The notes under the pieces: generated by a model | The model's input: only the letters and a program-made list of their open reading frames with translations | What the model was told of the DNA's origin: nothing | Database searches by the model: none | In this document: positions 40,665-47,781 of the stretch, one piece after another | How the letters are laid out: each line of letters starts with the position of its first letter | Position numbering within the stretch: the stretch's first letter is position 1 | Translations under genes and position numbers: made by a program | From: Bdellovibrionales bacterium | GTDB lineage: Bacteria > Bdellovibrionota > UBA1018 > CAIMNF01 | Length of the DNA: 60,329 nt | Assembly: GCA_040380025.1 (NCBI GenBank) | Contig: JBEIJY010000012.1 | Location: 1 to 60,329, forward strand | Direction: 5' to 3'

Positions 40665-42994
40665 AAGTCGTCCGCCTTGAATTTCGCGACGAGCGCACCC
40701 CGTATTCGCCGCTCTTCGAAGATGTGTATTTTTCGCCCGTCTCGGGGATCGAAGAATCGAATGAAGTTTACATCGAAGGAAGCGGCTTCGCCGAGTCGCT
40801 CGCCTCGGGGAAACCCCGCATCACGGTTGCGGAGATCGGGTTCGGTGTCGGGCTCAATTTTGTTCTGACCGTGCGCCACTTCCAAACTGCCCTCTTTGAT
40901 TGTGCAGGGTTAGGGAGTGCGACCGGCAGAAGGGATTGGAAGGATTCGGCTTTTGCCTCCGAGCCGGATCGTCCGGCCTCGCTCTCGCCGTCCTGGCTCG
41001 CGAGAGTCGGCAAAAACCGAATCCTTCCAATCCCTTCTGCCGGTCCCGTGCCATTACCCTGCACAATCAAAGAGGGCAGTTTGGGAGCCTCCACGAACAG
41101 TCCGGTTCTTGAGTATATCTCGTTCGAAAAGCATCCGGTCCATCGGGACGATCTCGTGCGCCTCTATTCGGCCTACCCGGAACTCGCGCGTTCATCGAGC
41201 GCGCTCTTGCAAGCCTATCCTTTGCTGGTTCCCGGGGTGCATTCCATCCGGCTCTTTGACGGCCGGGTGCGTCTCACGCTTGTCTTGGGTGATGCGGCTG
41301 CGATGCTCGGAAAAATGCAATTCCAGGCTGATCACTGGTACTGGGACGGATTCGCCCCGAGCCGGAATCCGGACGCGTTCTCGGACGAGATCTTCACCGA
41401 GGTTGCGCGCCATTCCAAAAAGGAGGCGCGGGGATCGAGCTTCACTTCTGCGGGCTGGGTCCGGCGGGCGCTCGAGTCGGCCGGATTCCAGGTCACCAAG
41501 GTTCCAGGCTACGGAAGAAAACGCGAGCGCCTGACGGGGGTTTTCGCGGCCGCCCCACGAACCTCCCCCAAACTGCCCCATTTGATTGTGCAGGGTAATG
41601 AAACGGGATCGGCCGAGAGCGGCGAAATGATTCCGCTTTTACCCTCGGGTCGGGGCTCTAGGACTCGCGCTCACCAATCGGGGTCGCGAGAATCCGAAAA
41701 ATCCGAATCCCTCCCATCCCTTCTGCCGATCGCGCCCCCTAACTCTGCACAATCAAATGGGGCAGTTTGGAGTTTGCAGGGACTGAGCCCTCCCCCGTGG
41801 TTCTCGCAAAAAAATCATTCGCGCCTGTCGCCCGACCGGAACCGTGTCGCCATCATCGGCGCGGGCCTCGCCGGCTCCGCGGTCGCACGATCCCTTGCCG
41901 GACGGGGTGCGGTGGTGCGCGTGTTCGATGCACATGGAATCGCCACCCGTGCTTCGGGAAATCCCGCAGGGCTGTTCAACACGCAAATCTCAAAACTTCC
42001 GAATCCGATCAGCCGGTTCGCACAGGCGTCGCTTGCGCATTTCTTGCGCGAGCTGGACTCGCTTCGCGTTCCGGCACGGCGCGGAATCCTGAGAAAGGAC
42101 TTCTCCGACCCGGCGCCCCTGATTGCTTCGGAGTATCCGGAGGATTTCTACGAGCTCCGCGAAAATGGCACGTTTTTCGGACTCGCGGGAATGCTGAATC
42201 CGGCAGAACTATGCCGCGCGCGGCTTGATCACCCGGGAATCTCCCTGCAAGCCGATGCGGTGATCCGGGTCGAACGAGAAGGCGAAGAATTCTCGCTCCA
42301 TCATCCGTCGGGAGCAGTTTCTCGCGGGTTCCATCACGTCGTGTACACCATGGGCGCGGATCCGCGCCTTCCGGGAAGCGCCCCTCTTCTGCATCCCCTT
42401 CTGGACGCCCTTCCAACGCGTCCGATTCGCGGACAGATCTTGCTATTGCGGCCCACGCCCGAATCAGCGCGCCTCCCGCATTGCCTGGTCGAAGAGGGGT
42501 ATCTGACGCCGCTCGCACCGGAAATCACGAAGAATGAGTTTCACCTTTTGGGCGCAACCTATCAGGCAAAGACGATTCTTCCGGATCAGGAAGAGATCGA
42601 CACGGCCCGACTGCTCGAAGACGCCGGGAAGTGGCCTGAGATCGGGAAGTTCACGCGCGATCATGTGGTCTCGACGCGGACAGGCTACCGGATGTCGACC
42701 CCCGACAAGCTCCCTTTGATCGGCCCCGTGGTGGATCCGGCATGGCTCAGGGACGCGTACCAGAGGACTCTGCGGGGCGCTCGGCAGATCGCGGGTCCCG
42801 ATCTGGAGCCCGAGCCGGGCGAGTGGATGCTCACGGGTCTTGGATCGCGGGGAATCACCTACTCGTCGTACGGCGCGGAGATTCTGGCCTCGATGATGAC
42901 AGGAGAGATGCCGCCGATCGAGCTGGATCTCCTTGAGCATGTTCATTCGGCGCGGTTTTTCGTGCGAAAACTTCGCGATGTTACGATAAAGTGA
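40661..42994 (+). CDS. mnmC: Bifunctional tRNA mnm5s2U biosynthesis protein MnmC, carrying two in-frame hairpin-element insertions
   Basis: FEDVYFS, EIGFGVGLNF, SFEKHP, DGFAPSRNP, IIGAGLAG, ASGNPAG, GLGSRG. Confidence 0.9.
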   Translation: MKVVRLEFRDERTPYSPLFEDVYFSPVSGIEESNEVYIEGSGFAESLASGKPRITVAEIGFGVGLNFVLTVRHFQTALFDCAGLGSATGRRDWKDSAFASEPDRPASLSPSWLARVGKNRILPIPSAGPVPLPCTIKEGSLGASTNSPVLEYISFEKHPVHRDDLVRLYSAYPELARSSSALLQAYPLLVPGVHSIRLFDGRVRLTLVLGDAAAMLGKMQFQADHWYWDGFAPSRNPDAFSDEIFTEVARHSKKEARGSSFTSAGWVRRALESAGFQVTKVPGYGRKRERLTGVFAAAPRTSPKLPHLIVQGNETGSAESGEMIPLLPSGRGSRTRAHQSGSRESEKSESLPSLLPIAPPNSAQSNGAVWSLQGLSPPPWFSQKNHSRLSPDRNRVAIIGAGLAGSAVARSLAGRGAVVRVFDAHGIATRASGNPAGLFNTQISKLPNPISRFAQASLAHFLRELDSLRVPARRGILRKDFSDPAPLIASEYPEDFYELRENGTFFGLAGMLNPAELCRARLDHPGISLQADAVIRVEREGEEFSLHHPSGAVSRGFHHVVYTMGADPRLPGSAPLLHPLLDALPTRPIRGQILLLRPTPESARLPHCLVEEGYLTPLAPEITKNEFHLLGATYQAKTILPDQEEIDTARLLEDAGKWPEIGKFTRDHVVSTRTGYRMSTPDKLPLIGPVVDPAWLRDAYQRTLRGARQIAGPDLEPEPGEWMLTGLGSRGITYSSYGAEILASMMTGEMPPIELDLLEHVHSARFFVRKLRDVTIK
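40884..41082. repeat. Hairpin element copy E5 (199 bp), in frame in mnmC
   Basis: Perfect TIR AAACTGCCCTCTTTGATTGTGCAGGGT / ACCCTGCACAATCAAAGAGGGCAGTTT; 37-bp inner arms; intact core. Confidence 0.97.
41570..41768. repeat. Hairpin element copy E6 (199 bp), in frame in the mnmC interdomain linker
   Basis: Perfect TIR AAACTGCCCCATTTGATTGTGCAG / CTGCACAATCAAATGGGGCAGTTT; degenerate arms and core. Confidence 0.93.
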
Positions 42995-43812
42995 CACCCA
43001 TGCGATCGATCAGCGCCCTCCTCATCGTGAAAAATGAAGCCTGCTATATCGAGCGCGCTCTTTTGTCGCTCCTTTGGTGCGATGAGATCGTGGTGGTCGA
43101 TGCGTTCAGCACGGATGAAACGCCGGCCATTTGTGGCGACCCCGCGAAACCCTGGGCGAAGAAAATCCGATTCCTACAAAAAGAGTGGATGGGATTCTCG
43201 GCCCAGCGGAATTTCGCGATCAGCCAGGCACGAAGCCCATGGGTTTTCTTTCTGGACGGAGATGAGGCCTGCTCGCCGGAGCTCGCAGAGCGCATCCAGT
43301 CGCTCTTGAAGAGTCCCGATCTGACTCCCGGACAGTACAAAGTCCGGCGGCAGGAGTTTTTTCTGAAGAAACCGATTCATCATGGAATCTGGAATCCGTC
43401 CTATCATGTGCGTTTGTTTTATCGGGATCATCTGCGCTTCACCGGCGAAGTCCACGAGGGGGTCGAGTGCGCGGACGAAGTGAGAAGGATCGACGAGCCG
43501 ATCATTCATGTGGAGGATCTGAGAATTGAGCGGATCCTGAACAAGATGAACCACTATACGACGATCCAGGCGGAAGCGGATTACAAAAGCGGCCTCAGGA
43601 CGAATCTGCTCCGGATCCTGCTCTCATTCCCGGCAATGTTTTATAAGAACTATGTGTATTACGGGGCCTGGAGGGACGGGACCGAGGGAGTGATGATCTC
43701 GGTGTTGGAGGGGGTCTCGAGAACCGTGCGCCATCTCAAGATCTGGCAACTCTCCCAAACTGCCCGCTTTGATTGTGCAAAATTAGACTCCAGTAAAAAA
43801 AATTCTCTCTAA
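42991..43812 (+). CDS. Glycosyltransferase family 2; last ~18 codons come from element E7
   Basis: LIVKNE, VVVDAFSTDET, FLDGDE, GEVHE. Confidence 0.9.
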   Translation: MTPMRSISALLIVKNEACYIERALLSLLWCDEIVVVDAFSTDETPAICGDPAKPWAKKIRFLQKEWMGFSAQRNFAISQARSPWVFFLDGDEACSPELAERIQSLLKSPDLTPGQYKVRRQEFFLKKPIHHGIWNPSYHVRLFYRDHLRFTGEVHEGVECADEVRRIDEPIIHVEDLRIERILNKMNHYTTIQAEADYKSGLRTNLLRILLSFPAMFYKNYVYYGAWRDGTEGVMISVLEGVSRTVRHLKIWQLSQTARFDCAKLDSSKKNSL

Positions 43813-43944
43813 ATTGCAAAAGCTTGCATCAAGACATTCTTAGGCCCTGGGCACGGCGATTTTCATCTGTCACTCGGTTACAGCGAATCCTCCGGCATAT
43901 GAATCCTGTTTTCGAAAACCATGCACAACCAAACAGGGCAGTTT
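43757..43944. repeat. TIR-bounded element E7 (188 bp, no core), upstream of the transposase
   Basis: CTCCCAAACTGCCCGCTTTGATTGTGCA ... TGCACAACCAAACAGGGCAGTTTG. Confidence 0.88.
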
Positions 43945-43977
43945 GCAGTTGGCACAGTCTCTGCCTTCTCCCCCCGC

Positions 43978-44901
43978 ATGCGAATCCAGTGTCCGAATCC
44001 ATTGTGCCCTAAAATCCATCCCTGTGCCCATATCCCCCGTCGCCGTGGTCCGAAACCCAGACCGATCGTCCGAAAAGGAAGCTACTACCGTTTCTCGGAC
44101 CGCAGGTTCATCGATCGCTATCAATGCCGATGTTGCGGAAAGAATTTTTCGAGCGCCACCCGATCTCCCGATTACCGAAAAAAGAAGCGGCACCTGAATT
44201 CCGAGATCTTCAATCTCTATTGCTCGGGAGTGAGCCAAAGAAGGATGGCGCATTTGCTCGAAACCACCGAAAGGACCATCGTCGACAAGTTCCGTCTGCT
44301 CGCGAAGAGAGCCAGGCAAGAACACGAGGAATGGCTCAAGGGCATCGAGCCGAATTCCATCAGGAGTGTCCAATTCGATGACCTCGAAACCTTCGAACAC
44401 ACGAAGTGCAAACCCCTGAGCGTGACCCTCATGGTGAAGAGCCAAACCCGTGAGATTCTCGGATTCCAAGTTTCGCAAATGCCGGCAAAGGGACCACTCT
44501 CGAAGATTTCTCTTCGAAAATACGGTCCGAGAAAAGACAAGCGGCATGAGGGATGGAACCGATTCTTCAAAAATCTCGAGCGGATTCTTCACCCCGAGGT
44601 CCTGATTGAATCAGACGAGAATCCCCATTACCCAAAGCATGTGAAACGGTATCTGCCCGAAGCCAGGCATACGCGGTATCAGGGAGCACGGGGAGCGATC
44701 ACGGGTCAGGGAGAGCTGAAGAAGATCGGCTTTGATCCGCTGTTCGCCCTGAATCACACCTGTGCGATGTTGCGGGCAAACATGAACCGCCTTTTTCGCA
44801 GGACGTGGTGCACGACGAAGACAGTCGAAGGGCTTGTGGATCATCTCTCGCTCTATGTGCGGTACCACAACACGCTAATCCTCCCAAACTGCCCGTCTTG
44901 A
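43978..44901 (+). mobile_element. IS1-family-like transposase (Zn ribbon, HTH, RNase H-like DD[E->N] domain)
   Basis: CPNPLC...RYQCRCCGKNF; GVSQRRMAHLLETTERTI helix-turn-helix; QFDDLE, ESDENPHY, LNHTCAMLRANMNRLFRRTWCTTK (compare IS1 InsB [24 protein letters not shown]). Confidence 0.75.
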
Positions 44902-45071
44902 TTGTGCATGAATAGAGACTTCCCATTTTTTTTCGCATGAAATTCCCAACAATTAACCCATTTTTCTGATTCGCCCGGATCGGCTCTGGAATCGCTCCCT
45001 GATTTCGGGCCAAATCAACGGGCGAAACGCCAATTCCGCCTAAAACCATGCACAATCAAAACGGGCAGTTT
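44886..45071. repeat. TIR-bounded element E8 (186 bp, no core), downstream of the transposase and supplying its stop codon
   Basis: CTCCCAAACTGCCCGTCTTGATTGTGCATG ... CATGCACAATCAAAACGGGCAGTTT. Confidence 0.9.
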
Positions 45072-45180
45072 CCGATTGTTAAATTTTCTTGACATTTATA
45101 CCCCCCTCCCCCAAAACTTGCCCCATCACGCTTTTGGTCCACTGACGGCACCAAGATCGATCACGGAGGAAGAGAGACCC

Positions 45181-46179
45181 ATGAGAACCATTTTCATCGT
45201 CCTGGTGGTTCTGATTTTGATCGGGGGGGGAGTCTGGTTGCTTAGGCCCGCGCAGATGGGGCCGGGAGTGCAGGTTCCCGCAGCAAAAACAACGGCGGTG
45301 GAAGACTCCACAATCGTAGATGCTTCGCAGCCAAACCCGGGTGATGACAATCCCGTACAAAATCCGAACCTCCCTACTCCCACCGCCGAGAGCCAAGCAT
45401 CGAAGCCCCGCGTCGGCGTCTGCCACCCGCAAACTGCCTCAGATGATTGTGCACCATTAACGACCGGAATGACGCCAACACCTCGGAATCATTCTATTTC
45501 TAATGCAAAGCCCGGACGTTCGGAATTAGCCTCCCCATCCGGGCTCGCAAACGAGGACAAAACCCGAATCATTCCGGCTCTGTCTGTTCATGGTCTTCCT
45601 AAACCAGGAACAATCAAAGAAGGCAGTTTGTGCTGGGTACGCGAGTACCGCCACAAGGCAAACTCCCGCGCCCTTCCCATCGACGAGTTCCTCGAGCACC
45701 TGAACGCCTTCCCTCTCGAGCGCCCCGACATCCAGCCAAAGAGCATTTGTGTGAAGGTGGACGGCACTCCCGTCGACTTTGTGGTTTCGAGCCGGGGGCA
45801 AAAAAAAGAGATCGTCATCGGACCCGTGGTGGGACCAGAGAGCATCATCCGCGTCTCGTACTGCACCGGAAGCGCGCGGTGCGGAGAAGCCTGCGCGAAA
45901 CCCGCACGACGGTTCATGGATGAGCTGACCGGCGATGTTCTCACACCACCACACGGCCCGACAGGCCGTGCAGACTCACCTGCCCCGACAGGCCGTGCGG
46001 CCGCAAACAGCCCCAGAACCCCGGCTCTCTCCCACCACGAAGCCGACACGGCCGAGCTCCGCGCGGGCCTGAACGAGCTGAAGGCCCTCGCCCGAACCAA
46101 TGATTCCCTCACCGATCACGCAATTCTGCGGGATTGGAACACCCTCGTCGCGCGCGAGCGCACCTGCAAGGAGAACTGA
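45181..46179 (+). CDS. Membrane-anchored hypothetical protein at the head of the gliding-type operon, with in-frame element E9
   Basis: ATG at 45181 (MRTIFIVLVVLILIGGG TM anchor); Cys-containing C-terminal domain. Confidence 0.75.
   Translation: MRTIFIVLVVLILIGGGVWLLRPAQMGPGVQVPAAKTTAVEDSTIVDASQPNPGDDNPVQNPNLPTPTAESQASKPRVGVCHPQTASDDCAPLTTGMTPTPRNHSISNAKPGRSELASPSGLANEDKTRIIPALSVHGLPKPGTIKEGSLCWVREYRHKANSRALPIDEFLEHLNAFPLERPDIQPKSICVKVDGTPVDFVVSSRGQKKEIVIGPVVGPESIIRVSYCTGSARCGEACAKPARRFMDELTGDVLTPPHGPTGRADSPAPTGRAAANSPRTPALSHHEADTAELRAGLNELKALARTNDSLTDHAILRDWNTLVARERTCKEN
45431..45629. repeat. Hairpin element copy E9 (199 bp, degenerate), in frame
   Basis: AAACTGCCTCAGATGATTGTGC ... AACAATCAAAGAAGGCAGTTTG; translates QTA...TIKEGSL, like E5. 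Confidence 0.85.
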
Positions 46180-46181
46180 CC

Positions 46182-46835
46182 ATGGAAATCCTCGACTTCA
46201 TCAAAAGCAACTTTCTTCATGTGGTGCCGATCTTGATTTCGGCCGTCTTCGCGGGCGCGATCATCTTCGAACGCGCACGGACGCTCTTCCGGAGCTACTC
46301 GATCGGAAACATCGAGGGATTCTTTGACAAAATGGGAGACCTCGTCGCTCACGGAAGAACCACCGAGGCGGTCACCCTGTGCGATCAGTTCCGCGGCAAG
46401 CCGAGCGCCGAGCTCATGCGTTCGGCATTGGAACGCGCGCATCAGCCCGAAGAGCTCATCCTGAACTCGATCGAGCTCTCGCGAAACCACTACGCGCAAA
46501 AAATCCAAAAACGGACGAGCTATCTCGCCACGATCGCAAACGTCGCAACCCTCCTCGGACTCCTCGGAACCATCGCGGGACTCATCGAATCCTTCGCGGC
46601 CGTGGGCCACGCCGATCCTCAGCAAAAAGCGGCCCTCCTCGCGAACGGAATCTCGACCGCGATGAACGCGACTCTTCTGGGCCTTGCGGTCGCGGTTCCC
46701 TGCATGGTGATCTTCAGCTTTTTTGCGAGCAAAGCGAACCGCCTCATCGCGGAGCTCGAATCCGCAGGGCTTCTCATTCTGGATTCGATTCAACGCGCGA
46801 CCCTTCAAAACAACCAAGAAGGAAGAACCCCATGA
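46182..46835 (+). CDS. MotA/TolQ/ExbB proton channel (AglR-like)
   Basis: ATLLGLLGTIAGLIESF, GISTAMNATLLGL. Confidence 0.92.
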   Translation: MEILDFIKSNFLHVVPILISAVFAGAIIFERARTLFRSYSIGNIEGFFDKMGDLVAHGRTTEAVTLCDQFRGKPSAELMRSALERAHQPEELILNSIELSRNHYAQKIQKRTSYLATIANVATLLGLLGTIAGLIESFAAVGHADPQQKAALLANGISTAMNATLLGLAVAVPCMVIFSFFASKANRLIAELESAGLLILDSIQRATLQNNQEGRTP

Positions 46836-47302
46836 TCGCCGATCCGCAAGGCGCGCTCACGCAGAGCTCGCTCCCGCAAGACGTCGAGGTGAACATCACG
46901 CCCGTGATCGACTGCTTCACGGTCCTGATCACCTTCCTTCTCGCGTCGGCAAGTTTTCTTTCGATCGGGTTCTTCGAGGCCGCCACTCCCGGAACAGACA
47001 TCGCTCCCGGCGCACAGGAGCCGCTCACCGAGCTTCATGTGCGGGTGCGGGACGGCAAGACAATCGAGCTTCGCGAGAAGGGCAAGAAATCGGGTTTTTT
47101 CACGTATTATCTCGAGAATCCGGAATCGGTGCGAAATTTTCGCGCCGAGCTCTCGGCCGCGAAAACGCCGGCAGTGGGAGCGACGAGGGTTCTCCTTTCG
47201 GCGCACGACAAGACCGACTTCGAAGCGATCGCCGCCACAATGGGATACCTGAATGAGGCCTCGCTTCCGGTCGTGATCGGAGACTTCGGAGATCATCCAT
47301 GA
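46832..47302 (+). CDS. ExbD/TolR family protein (AglQ/S-like)
   Basis: VNITPVIDCFTVLITFLL. Confidence 0.88.
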   Translation: MIADPQGALTQSSLPQDVEVNITPVIDCFTVLITFLLASASFLSIGFFEAATPGTDIAPGAQEPLTELHVRVRDGKTIELREKGKKSGFFTYYLENPESVRNFRAELSAAKTPAVGATRVLLSAHDKTDFEAIAATMGYLNEASLPVVIGDFGDHP

Positions 47303-47781
47303 GACGGAATCAACGGCGTTTATTTCAAAAGAAAAAGCCGCAAGGGGAATCGGGGCTCATGAGCCTCCAGATCACCTCGATGGCGGACATCTTCACGATC
47401 CTGCTGGTGTTCTTGCTAAAAGGCATCAGCACGGACGCGCTTGCGATCGCGCCTTCTGCGGGCACGCGGCTGCCACTGGGCCACAATTCGACGACCATTC
47501 CCGATACGGCGCTTCAGGTGGAGCTCGGCGAGGCGGGAATCCTGATCGAAAAGGAATTTGTGGCAGGCTATCGGGATTTCGAGGGAGCGCTCTCAAAACG
47601 CCTCGAAGTGGAGCGAAAAAAGCAGGACCTGATCGCAAGCAAGAACGATGCGGTAAAAAACGACGGACAGGTCTTGATTCTCTCGGATTCGAAGGTGCCC
47701 TTCTCGACCCTGAAGCGCGTCCTGAAGGCCCTCTCGGCCTACGGGTATTCCGATGTGAAATTCGCGGTGGTGCGGCCATGA
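47299..47781 (+). CDS. ExbD/TolR family protein (AglQ/S-like)
   Basis: LQITSMADIFTILLVFLLK. Confidence 0.88.
   Translation: MRRNQRRLFQKKKPQGESGLMSLQITSMADIFTILLVFLLKGISTDALAIAPSAGTRLPLGHNSTTIPDTALQVELGEAGILIEKEFVAGYRDFEGALSKRLEVERKKQDLIASKNDAVKNDGQVLILSDSKVPFSTLKRVLKALSAYGYSDVKFAVVRP

Noticed and set aside
43921..43977. Transposase start at ATG 43921
   Set aside because: This ATG lies inside the right TIR of E7. ATG 43978, directly before the first Cys motif, is more plausible, though not proven.
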